From an uncultured delta proteobacterium (lineage in GTDB: Bacteria > Desulfobacterota > Desulfuromonadia > Desulfuromonadales > CAWANI01), in contig CAWANI010000015.1 in the NCBI GenBank assembly GCA_963783365.1, forward strand, positions 10,951 through 74,950: DNA of 64,000 nucleotides, given 5' to 3'. Under the pieces are notes generated by a model. That model made no database searches, had not been told where the DNA came from, and saw only the letters and a program-made list of their open reading frames with translations. Shown here in pieces: positions 56,526 to 64,000 of the stretch (position 1 is its first letter; each line of letters starts with the position of its first letter). Position numbers and translations under genes: made by a program.

Positions 56526-57668
56526 TTACTGGACCTGCGACGTATTTGCCGTGCTTGAACCTGGTAGACCGAGAAGCCGACCCCTTCGGCATCGCCGCGC
56601 TTGTCGAAACGGATGCGGCCTACCGGGGTGTTCGACGTAATCGGTGTGCAGGGCCTTGACGATGGCGTCGTAGTTGGTGGAGCCGGCCTTCTGGATGGCG
56701 TTGAGCAGGGCCAGGGTGGCGGAGTAGGCCTGCGGGAAGAAGTTGCCCGGCTTGTCGCCGTAGGCCTTCTCGTATTCCTTGACGGCCTTGACGTAGAGGG
56801 GATTCTTCGACAGGTCCTTGGGACCGGTGGCGTAGACGCCTTCGGCGTATTGGCCGGCCAGCTTGATGAAGCTGTCGCCCTTGACGCCGTCATCGGAGAT
56901 GAAGGGGATCTTGCTGCGCTTGCGCCGCAGCTGCTGCACCAGCTTGGAGGCCTCGGGGTGGTAGCCGCCGAAGACCAGGGCATCGGCCTCGGCGCGGAGC
57001 ACCCTCTGGATGACCGCCGAATAGTCGAAGGCGCCGGGGGTGATGCTGTCGTACAGGACCACTTTGGCCTTGCCCTTGCCGTCCTCTTCGATGGACTTTT
57101 GCACGTACTCGGCAAAGCCCTTGCCGTAGTCGCCCTTGTCGTTGAGGATGGCAACCTTTTTCCGGTGCAGGGTGTTGATGACGAAGTCGGCGGCCAGCTT
57201 GCCCTGCTTGTCGTCGGAGGCGATGGTGCGGAAGAAGTTGGGGTACTGGCCGCTCTGGGTCAGGGCGGGGTTGGTCGCCGAGGGGGACATGACGACGATC
57301 TTGGCGGCCTTGTAGATCCCCAGGGCCGCCTTGGTGGCACCGCTGCAGATGGGGCCCATCACCACGCTGACCCCCTCGGTGACCAGCTTGGTGGCGGTGT
57401 TGGTGGCGATCTCCGGCTTGCACTGGTCGTCCTCGACGAACAGCTCGACCTGCTTGCCGAGGATGCCGCCCTTGGCGTTGATGTCCTTGACGACCAACTT
57501 GGCCGCCTGCAGGGTCGGGATGCCGTAGGGAGCCAGGTCGCCGCTGTGGGGGCCGACGACGCCCATCTTGATGGTGTCGGCGGCAAAGCCTGAGGCCACA
57601 AGCGTCAGCGAGAGCGCCACAGTGACCACGGCGACTCCCAGAAATCTACCGAAGCGGGAAGTCTTCAT
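56526..57668 (-). pseudogene. livK: Leu/Ile/Val-binding periplasmic protein LivK, three same-direction frame shifts in the last ~35 codons as sequenced
   Basis: Track ORF 56526..57710. ATG 57668 follows AAGGAGGAAA and gives the signal peptide MKTSRFGRFLGVAVVTVALSLTLVASGFA. The C-terminal homologous peptide TPVGRIRFDKRGDAEGVGFSVYQV | KHGKYV | QVQ* occupies all three frames in turn. Confidence 0.75.
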
Positions 57669-57793
57669 CGTTTCCTCCTTCTCCAAAAAGTGTATTGAGA
57701 ACATCGACAAATGTGTGGACTTTATAGTTCATACAACCCCTTGCAGTCAAGAAGTATGAAGCGTCCGGATGACTTAAGCGCACTTTAATCTTC

Positions 57794-57809
57794 TGCGGAA
57801 GTTGTGCCG
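57794..57809 (-). promoter_or_regulatory. candidate sigma54 promoter upstream of livK (CGGCAC-N5-CCGCA on the gene strand)
   Basis: The plus strand TGCGGAAGTTGTGCCG is, reverse-complemented, CGGCACAACTTCCGCA, with the GG and GC elements at canonical -24/-12 spacing. It lies about 125 nt upstream of the ATG. Confidence 0.35.
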
Positions 57810-57855
57810 TTCGGGGCCCACGGGATGCCTATTGGTTAAAATTGGCCGTTTTGGG

Positions 57856-58767
57856 CTATTTTTCACCGGGGGTGATTGATCCAGCAAAAAGAGCTTCGGT
57901 CAGGACAGGCCACATTTCAGCCGCCACCATTCCAAGTACGATCAATCCGCCGCCGACCCAGGCCAGCGTTCCCAGGTGCTCCCCCGCCAGAACCACGGAA
58001 AAAAGCGCCGCAAAGACCGGTTCCATGGTGTATATCAAGGCAGCGCGGGTCGGTGTGGTCAGGCGCTGGAAGGTGGTCATAACCCAAAAGGCATAGCCTG
58101 TGGCAAAGACAGCCGTAATGATCAGAGCCCACACCAGGGTCGCACTCCAGGCGGTGGGCCAGGTCGAGGGCTCGAACGCCAGGCTTCCCCCCAGACTCAA
58201 TACTGCCATGGTCGCGATTTGGACGAACGCGAGGGCTCGCCCGTCGTATCCGCCGGTCAAGGCATCGAGACCGAGCACGTGCAGGGCGATGAAAATCGAA
58301 CAGATGACAACCAGGATGTCCCCGGGATTAAGGTGCCAGGGAGTGTGCCAGGTCAGCAACAGAAGGCCGATCAGGGCCAGTCCGACGCCGAAGCGCGCTC
58401 CTGCCGCGGGCGGCTTCGTTAAAACCGGTCCGGCCAGCAGGGGGACCCAGACGACGTTGAGGCCCGTGAGAAACCCGGCATTGGCCGCGGATGTCAGCCG
58501 CAGTCCGAAGGTTTGGAAGAGGAAGGAGAGAAAAAGCAGGCATCCGAGCAAAACACCGCGGCGTATTCCCCGCGCGTCGAGACTGCCGAGGCGCCGACCG
58601 GCCAGCAGCGCCAGCAGCAGGGCGGCGAGGGCAAAGCGAAGTCCCAGGAAAGACAAAACCGGGATCTCCGCGACGGCATCCTTGACCATGGGAAAAGTTC
58701 CTCCCCAGAAAACGGTCACGGTAAGGAGGAGAAATTCAGCCAGTGATCGGCGATTATCAAGTTTCAT
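57856..58767 (-). CDS. EamA/DMT-family transporter
   Basis: Track ORF 57856..58818. ATG 58767. Ten-TM-like with two EamA repeats (FWGGTFPMVK...). Confidence 0.8.
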   Translation of the reverse strand: MKLDNRRSLAEFLLLTVTVFWGGTFPMVKDAVAEIPVLSFLGLRFALAALLLALLAGRRLGSLDARGIRRGVLLGCLLFLSFLFQTFGLRLTSAANAGFLTGLNVVWVPLLAGPVLTKPPAAGARFGVGLALIGLLLLTWHTPWHLNPGDILVVICSIFIALHVLGLDALTGGYDGRALAFVQIATMAVLSLGGSLAFEPSTWPTAWSATLVWALIITAVFATGYAFWVMTTFQRLTTPTRAALIYTMEPVFAALFSVVLAGEHLGTLAWVGGGLIVLGMVAAEMWPVLTEALFAGSITPGEK

Positions 58768-58912
58768 CGGGTGCGTTTTTATTGAGCCGGCTTCGGCGGG
58801 CGGGCCGGCGGGAATCATGCTTGTTTTTTTTGGAAATTCTATGGTATATGCGGTTTCGCCTGACTAAATCGGTGTTTAACCGGAACAATTTTACGTAGCG
58901 CGGGAGTCTAGC

Positions 58913-59065
58913 ATGGAACGTGGCAAAATGGAACCTGTTCAGGTTAAATGCCCCCGTTGCCGATACACGGAAATCATTTACCTTCCCCGGGAATTGCCGC
59001 GATGTCCGGAATGTGGCACCCCGATGGTTATTGAAGAGTTGCTGGATGAAGGAAAATCTTTTTAA
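58913..59065 (+). CDS. small zinc-ribbon protein (50 aa, CxxC...CxxC)
   Basis: Own translation: MERGKMEPVQVKCPRCRYTEIIYLPRELPRCPECGTPMVIEELLDEGKSF. Below the track cutoff, with no strong SD, so coding status is uncertain. Confidence 0.35.
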   Translation: MERGKMEPVQVKCPRCRYTEIIYLPRELPRCPECGTPMVIEELLDEGKSF

Positions 59066-59104
59066 GCGCATTGGTGTAATTTGGCCACATTTCGGATGAA
59101 GAGG

Positions 59105-59405
59105 GAGGAACCTGATGAAAAAAATCGCCGTCGTCGTACTGTTGCTGTAGTCCGCCATCACCCTGGCGCCGAAGAGCGGCCGGGCCGATACTCTCGACAG
59201 TATTCTTAAGCGGGGATCCCTGCGCGTCGGGCTGGAACCGGGGTATATGCCTTTTGAGATGACCAATAAAAAAGGGGAGATCATCGGCTTCGATGTCGAT
59301 ATCGCCAAACGGATGGCGAAGGCGATGGGGGTCAAGCTCGAACTGGTGAGTACCGCCTGGGACGGCATTATTTCCTTTCTGATGACCAAGAAGTTCGATA
59401 TCGTT
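59105..59405 (+). pseudogene. 5' fragment of a polar amino-acid ABC transporter substrate-binding protein, with in-frame TAG at codon 12 and truncation after about 100 codons
   Basis: [102 protein letters not shown] at 59138-59140. SD GAGGGAGGAA. Homology stops at about 59405. Confidence 0.8.
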
Positions 59406-59406
59406 A

Positions 59407-59613
59407 TGTCCGGGGCGCGGTTCGGCTGCGCGAGATCAGTCGTCGGCTGGGAAGAAGTCATACCTCGATCATCCGCGAGCTCAAGCGCAACGGCCCCGCC
59501 TTTCGCGGCCGAGCGTATGGGGCCGATGCAGCCCACGAAAGAGCTCAGCGCCGACAGTCTTTGGCTCGGCACTACCGGCGGCAGGACCATGCTCCCCTGC
59601 TGCGGTACGTTGA
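59407..59613 (+). mobile_element. internal fragment of an IS30-family transposase gene (N-terminal HTH region only; no catalytic domain, no ends)
   Basis: Own translation: [25 protein letters not shown]...[36 protein letters not shown]. It is collinear with the HTH_38 region of IS30 transposases (...LNRSPSTISREVQRN...Y.A..A...A..R). Confidence 0.65.
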
Positions 59614-59995
59614 GCGCCGCCTGCTCAATAAAGTGGGACTGGCCGAGAAAGAGGCCGAGTACCCCTCACGGCTCTCCGGCGCCCAGCAACAGCGCGTCGC
59701 CATCGCCCGGGCGCTCGACATGGACCCGAAGATCATGCTCTTCGACGAACCGACCAGTGCCCTCGATCCCCCGATGGTAGGCGAGGTTCTGGACGTTATG
59801 AAACAGCTTGCCCGCGAAGGGATGACCATGGTTGTGGTTACCCATGAAATGGGCTTCGCCCGCGAGGTTGCCGACCGGGTCATTTTCATGGATCAGGGCA
59901 AATTGGTTGAAGAGGGGACGCCCGAGCATTTCTTTACCGCCCCCCCGGGAAGACCGAACCAAGCTTTTTCTCAGTCAGGTACTTTAACCTCATAA
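59614..59995 (+). pseudogene. 3' half of a polar amino-acid ABC transporter ATP-binding protein (GlnQ-like), lacking the Walker A half, with a frame break in a C7 run near 59941-59947
   Basis: [49 protein letters not shown]...[23 protein letters not shown]. The signature is LSGAQ instead of LSGGQ. The expected end [13 protein letters not shown] is in another frame, stopping at 59987. Confidence 0.8.
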
Positions 59996-60105
59996 ACCGC
60001 AAGCCGAAATGTTGCAAGGACGTCCTTTTTACTTAAAGTCTCACCTGGTATGTGACGCGCCTATTTCGGCATCGTCCGACCCCCAACCTGTCATGTTGTG
60101 AACAT

Positions 60106-61092
60106 ATGGATGAAAAAAACTCTCAGGATACTACGGACATATCCACCTCGGCCAACTCTTCCCCCCGTTCTCGATCCAACGTGAGGTCTCTGCTTCTCGC
60201 CTTATTGGTCATTGTGCTCTGGGGCGTCTCTTTTTCCGTCACGCGAACAACCGTGCGGGAGGTGCCTCCCCTCACCATCGCATTTCTGCGCTTTACCTTG
60301 GCAACGCTTTTGTTCTGGCCCCTCGTTCGGAGTCGCTATCGACAGGTGCGCATTGCTCCAAAGGATCGTCGCGACACCTTTCTTCTTGGCTTTGTTGGTG
60401 TTACGCTCTATTTTGCTTGCGAAAATACCGGTCTTAAATACACCACCGCTTCCCACGGGGCGCTGATTATCGCCACGATTCCACTGGCGACGGAACTGAC
60501 CGACGCTTTTTTACGCCGACGGATCCCGGCGCGCGGGATGCTCTTCGGTTTGCTCGCCGCTCTGCTCGGTGTTTTTCTCATTATCGGTCACTCTGACGGC
60601 GGCGGCGCCACCCTGCGGGGGGATCTGTTTGTCGTCGGCGCGGTGATCACCTGGGTTTGGTATACCTTTCTCGCTGATCGTCTGGTCAGCCGTTATCCGA
60701 ATCTGCTTCTGACCTATCTGATCATGCTCACTGGTGCGCTTACGCTGCTCCCAGGCGCTGTGTTCGAACTCTGGCGCCAGCCGATCCCCTGGCCTTCGCC
60801 GGGCGCATGGGCAGGAATCGGCTTTCTCGGTATTTTTTGCTCGGCGATCGCGTATCTGTTGTGGAATCAGGCGATTCCCGCATTGGGCGTGTCGGCGACC
60901 AACAATCTGCTCTACGGCATTCCGCTGGTCGGAGTTCTGGCTGGCGTCATCGGCCTGGGTGAGCCGTTGACGATACACATCGCCATCGGAGGCGTTCTCA
61001 TCCTCGGGGGCGTCATGGTGGCCGGGCACGCCGCGGCTTCGATCCAGAACAAAAGCGGGCAGGGGGCCCTTTCCGAAAACGACCCGGACTGA
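60106..61092 (+). CDS. EamA/DMT-family transporter
   Basis: Track ORF 60052..61092. ATG 60106. Two EamA repeats. Confidence 0.8.
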   Translation: MDEKNSQDTTDISTSANSSPRSRSNVRSLLLALLVIVLWGVSFSVTRTTVREVPPLTIAFLRFTLATLLFWPLVRSRYRQVRIAPKDRRDTFLLGFVGVTLYFACENTGLKYTTASHGALIIATIPLATELTDAFLRRRIPARGMLFGLLAALLGVFLIIGHSDGGGATLRGDLFVVGAVITWVWYTFLADRLVSRYPNLLLTYLIMLTGALTLLPGAVFELWRQPIPWPSPGAWAGIGFLGIFCSAIAYLLWNQAIPALGVSATNNLLYGIPLVGVLAGVIGLGEPLTIHIAIGGVLILGGVMVAGHAAASIQNKSGQGALSENDPD

Positions 61093-61093
61093 C

Positions 61094-61849
61094 TTGATCG
61101 GGAGAGGATTATTGGAATTGAGGGATGGTTATTCGGCCCAAGAGGCAGAAACATCGGGCGGAAAGAAGCTCAGGGAGGGGCTGGCTGCGGCTTGGCCGAT
61201 CTGCCTGGGGTATTTCCCCCTTGGCCTGGCCCTTGGCGTGCTGGCACAGAAGGCAGGACTCAGCCCCTGGTGGATCGGGCTCATGTCGATCTTCGTTTTT
61301 GCCGGCAGCGCCCAGTTCATCGCCGTGGCGATGCTCGATGGAGGGGCCTCGCTGGCCGCCATCATCCTGACCACCCTGGTGGTGAATTTCAGGCATTTTC
61401 TGATGAGTTCCGCTTTAGCGGTTCATCTGCGCAAGGTTCCCCGGGTTTTTCTTTGCCTGTTTGCTTACGGCATCACCGATGAAAGCTTTGCCGTCAATAT
61501 GACCCGTTTCCGCCAGGGAGGGTGGGATCGGTGGCGCGCCCTGGTGGTCAACCAGACTGCCAACCTTGCCTGGATCGTTGCCACCGTCGCCGGCGGTTTG
61601 GCCGGGGCCTTCATCCCGCGGGGGGCTTTCGGCATCGACTATGCTTTGACGGCCATGTTTCTGTGCCTGCTAATCTTCCAGTTGCAGGGCCGGATCTATA
61701 TTTTTACAGCCATAATCTCCGCCATATTTGCCGTAACCTGGTATGTGTGGGTGCCGGGCGACTCCTACGTGGTGGTGGCTTCCGTGGGAGCTGCGACGGT
61801 CGGATTTTTCCTGAAGCGGTGGCACAATGCCCCCGGGAGGCGCTCATGA
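61094..61849 (+). CDS. azlC: branched-chain amino acid exporter subunit AzlC
   Basis: 251 aa with GYFPLGLALGV...FAGSAQF...NFRHFLMS, typical of AzlC. TTG-type start; the exact start is uncertain. Confidence 0.8.
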   Translation: MIGRGLLELRDGYSAQEAETSGGKKLREGLAAAWPICLGYFPLGLALGVLAQKAGLSPWWIGLMSIFVFAGSAQFIAVAMLDGGASLAAIILTTLVVNFRHFLMSSALAVHLRKVPRVFLCLFAYGITDESFAVNMTRFRQGGWDRWRALVVNQTANLAWIVATVAGGLAGAFIPRGAFGIDYALTAMFLCLLIFQLQGRIYIFTAIISAIFAVTWYVWVPGDSYVVVASVGAATVGFFLKRWHNAPGRRS

Positions 61850-62181
61850 CCTTTCGAGATTATCTGCTGCTGATTGTGGGGATGGGGGCGGTGACCTATC
61901 TGCCCCGCTGTCTGCCGATCGTCGCTCTGGCCCAGCGCAGGCTGCCGCCATGGCTGATCGACTGGCTCAGCCTGATTCCCGTAGCTATCCTCAGCGCCCT
62001 TGTCGCCCCGACCTTGTTCGCCGGCGGCCAGCCACGGACGTTTGAATTGGGCAAGCCCGAATTTCTGGTGGCCATCCCGACCTTTTTATTCGCTCTGCGC
62101 ACCCGGTCCCTGGGCGGGACGGTACTGGTCGGCATGCTCCTTTTCTGGGTGGCAGGGGTGTTCGGGGTCGGCACCTGGTAA
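61846..62181 (+). CDS. azlD: branched-chain amino acid exporter subunit AzlD
   Basis: Within track ORF 61522..62181: MTFRDYLLLIVGMGAVTYLPRCLP... ATG 61846 overlaps the azlC stop (ATGA). Confidence 0.8.
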   Translation: MTFRDYLLLIVGMGAVTYLPRCLPIVALAQRRLPPWLIDWLSLIPVAILSALVAPTLFAGGQPRTFELGKPEFLVAIPTFLFALRTRSLGGTVLVGMLLFWVAGVFGVGTW

Positions 62182-62374
62182 AAAGCCTCGAATTAAAGAG
62201 GCTCCCGAGGCGTGTTGCGATCTGCCCGACTCTGTGGCTCTCCTGTCCGTATCCGGCGGTTTTCCTGCTTGATAAGTGATTTAATTTTCGCTACCCTCTC
62301 TTGTTATCGGCATTGGAATCCCTTTTTGCCTGAGCACCACGCCGCTGCCTTCCTTTCCGAACAGGAGTAAACCT

Positions 62375-63211
62375 ATGAAGAAATCAACTTCGATTATGGT
62401 TTTTGTTACCCTGGTGCTGGGCGTTGCCATCGGAATTCTTGTCGCCTTTGTCTTCTTGAAGGGGCCAGCAGTCAAAACTACGCCGGCCCCCCGGGTGGCG
62501 GAAAAGCACCCGATGCCCACGCAAGTGGCCCCTCCCGCTGCCCGCTACCCCATCTCCCCCGAAAAGCAGACGGAAACTGCCCCAAAAGGTGAAAAAAAGG
62601 CCGGGGAGAAACCTTTGCCCACCTTGAATGACAGCGATGAGGCCATGCAGGAAACCCTGGCGGAACTCTACCCTGCCGGCAAGCTCGCCTCCCTGTTTAT
62701 CGGGGATCATTTTGTCCAGCGTTTTGTGCTGATGGTCGACAATCTGCCGCGGCATGCGCTGCCGATCAACCGCCTTCCCACCCGTCCGGCCTCCGGCAAC
62801 TTTGTCACGCAGGGGGAGGAGGGGCATCAATTCATCAGCCCGGACAATTATCGGCGCTACGCCTCCTTCGTCCATTTCGTCGACGCTCTGGATGCCAAAA
62901 AGGTGGTCGCGCTCTATGCCCATTTTTACCCCCTGTTCCAGCAAGCCTATCAACAGTTGGGGTACCCGCAGGGGCACTTCAATGATCGCTTGATCGAGGT
63001 CATCGACCATCTGCTGGCCACCCCCGACGTGCACCAACCGGTCGAAGTGCTCCGACACGTCGTGCGCTACAAATATGCCGACTCGAGCTTGGAAAAACTT
63101 TCCGCCGGGCAGAAGATCATGATTCGCCTGGGGGAGGATAACGCCGCTCGAATCAAGGAAAAGCTAAGAGAAATCCGGCGGGAGTTGATCGCCAGGGCGA
63201 TCAGCGACTGA
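62375..63211 (+). CDS. DUF3014-family protein with an N-terminal TM anchor
   Basis: 278 aa: one TM, a Pro/Lys-rich linker, then the conserved LNDSDEAMQETL...FVQRFVLMVDNLPR...YPLFQQAYQQLGYP region typical of DUF3014. Confidence 0.7.
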   Translation: MKKSTSIMVFVTLVLGVAIGILVAFVFLKGPAVKTTPAPRVAEKHPMPTQVAPPAARYPISPEKQTETAPKGEKKAGEKPLPTLNDSDEAMQETLAELYPAGKLASLFIGDHFVQRFVLMVDNLPRHALPINRLPTRPASGNFVTQGEEGHQFISPDNYRRYASFVHFVDALDAKKVVALYAHFYPLFQQAYQQLGYPQGHFNDRLIEVIDHLLATPDVHQPVEVLRHVVRYKYADSSLEKLSAGQKIMIRLGEDNAARIKEKLREIRRELIARAISD

Positions 63212-63313
63212 TCGGGTTTTCGGTACGGTGTGGGAGCGGAAGGAGGCCCCGGTCAATGGTTCCGTTCCGCTCGGCTGCCGTGTTTCTTTTTCCGCCTGTT
63301 CATTCCCACCGTT

Positions 63314-63324
63314 CCCCCCCCCCC
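63314..63324. repeat. poly-C tract (C11)
   Basis: Read directly in GTTCCCCCCCCCCCATCAC. Intergenic. Confidence 0.9.
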
Positions 63325-63656
63325 CATCACTTAAGTGCCAAGCAGGTCCGTGGTTGTGGCCATGGGCCACTTCATGGACTGTCTGTCATTCCAGGTCCGG
63401 CTGTCGCTGTCCGGGCGAAAGACCCTCTTGCCCTTGGTGGCGCGAAACCGAGGGGCTGAGCTCCCCAAACGTTGATTTTCTCCCTTCGACCACTTGGCAA
63501 AACGTAACCGATTGTGTTGGCGAAAATTGTCGGTTTCATGCTGTCCCCTCCACATTCCCGGGCAGGCAATGCCCAGGAAGGTCGGAAAAATAAAACACAA
63601 TTATATCGATATGAAAAAAAGCTCCCTCCTAGACCCTTGAAATTTTATTGCGATTT

Positions 63657-63672
63657 TGGGAATTTGTTTGCT
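63657..63672 (+). promoter_or_regulatory. candidate sigma54 promoter (TGGGAA-N5-TTGCT) upstream of the terminal binding-protein gene
   Basis: TGGGAATTTGTTTGCT has GG and GC at canonical -24/-12 spacing in an AT-rich region about 70 nt upstream of ATG 63742. Confidence 0.4.
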
Positions 63673-63741
63673 TTCCTGTATTTTTATGGTAAAAAATACT
63701 GAGATGTGAACAAAATTTTAATTTCAGACGGAGGAGGTACT

Positions 63742-64000
63742 ATGAAAACCAAAACACTGTCTCGTTGCCTTTCTCTGGTCCTGACGTTCAGCGCGGTACT
63801 GCTGTTCGCCGGACCCGGCTTCGCCGCCAAGGATGTCATTAAACTGGGATGTGCCACCTCTTTCACGGGGCATCTCAGCAGGACGGGCAAACTGTACGTC
63901 GATTCTTACAAGTTTGCCGTCGACAAGGTCAATGAGGCCGGCGGTGTCAAGGTCGGGGGGAAAAATTATAAACTGGAACTCGTCTTCTATGATGACAAGA
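63742..64000 (+). CDS. Leu/Ile/Val-type (cluster B) ABC substrate-binding protein, 5' fragment running off the window
   Basis: Own translation: MKTKTLSRCLSLVLTFSAVLLFAGPGFAAKDVIKLGCATSFTGHLSRTGKLYVDSYKFAVDKVNEAGGVKVGGKNYKLELVFYDDK. SD GGAGGAGG. Not in the track because it has no stop in the window. Confidence 0.8.
   Translation, partial: MKTKTLSRCLSLVLTFSAVLLFAGPGFAAKDVIKLGCATSFTGHLSRTGKLYVDSYKFAVDKVNEAGGVKVGGKNYKLELVFYDDK

Noticed and set aside
63400-63470. Glycine- or TPP-riboswitch-like fragments (AACCGAGGGGCTGAGC) upstream of the terminal binding-protein gene.
   Set aside because: This is only a short resemblance to ACCGAAGGGGCAA or CUGAGA. The other conserved elements (GGAGAG, the pyrimidine-sensor helix) are absent.

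Overview
GC-rich (about 60-65%) bacterial chromosomal window. Gene content and repeat types look like Desulfuromonadales/Geobacter-type Deltaproteobacteria; that placement is inference only. No rRNA, tRNA, CRISPR array, prophage or intact transposase was seen. Gene order, left to right: heptose/LPS genes (hldE 3' end, gmhB, a UDP-sugar dehydrogenase); ilvA; cysE-iscR-nifS-nifU-mnmA-mtaB; a frameshifted RluA-family gene; ugpQ-like and MFS genes. A 15.2 kb block follows, bracketed by two inverted copies of a 157-bp MITE-like element. It holds GH15, dedA, prkA-yeaH-spoVR plus a second divergent prkA, a Nudix gene, bpt, an HDAC-type deacetylase and an acetyl-CoA hydrolase/transferase-GNAT fusion. 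Next is a fluoride-response locus with two fluoride riboswitches: riboswitch-crcB-DUF190-enolase, then riboswitch-MFS. A metal-homeostasis stretch follows (zur-znuBCA, ArsR-like remnant, CGGC protein, CusRS-like two-component system, czcCBA, P-type ATPase). The window ends with a Nudix gene, a GAF-GGDEF-EAL protein, a livKHMGF operon, two EamA transporters, a decayed amino-acid ABC operon holding an IS30-transposase fragment, azlCD, DUF3014 and the 5' end of another Liv-type binding protein. The main unannotated signals are: the MITE pair; the fluoride riboswitch in front of an MFS transporter; the dual-PrkA stress module; the HDAC/GNAT-fusion pair; families of short palindromic intergenic repeats; and about 20 single-nucleotide frame disruptions clustered in a few loci (liv operon, response regulator, enolase, rluA-like, czcB). 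Most sit at short homopolymers, so they are more likely sequence-quality artefacts than biology. I found no convincing evidence for an entirely new multi-gene system. The candidates are ranked below.
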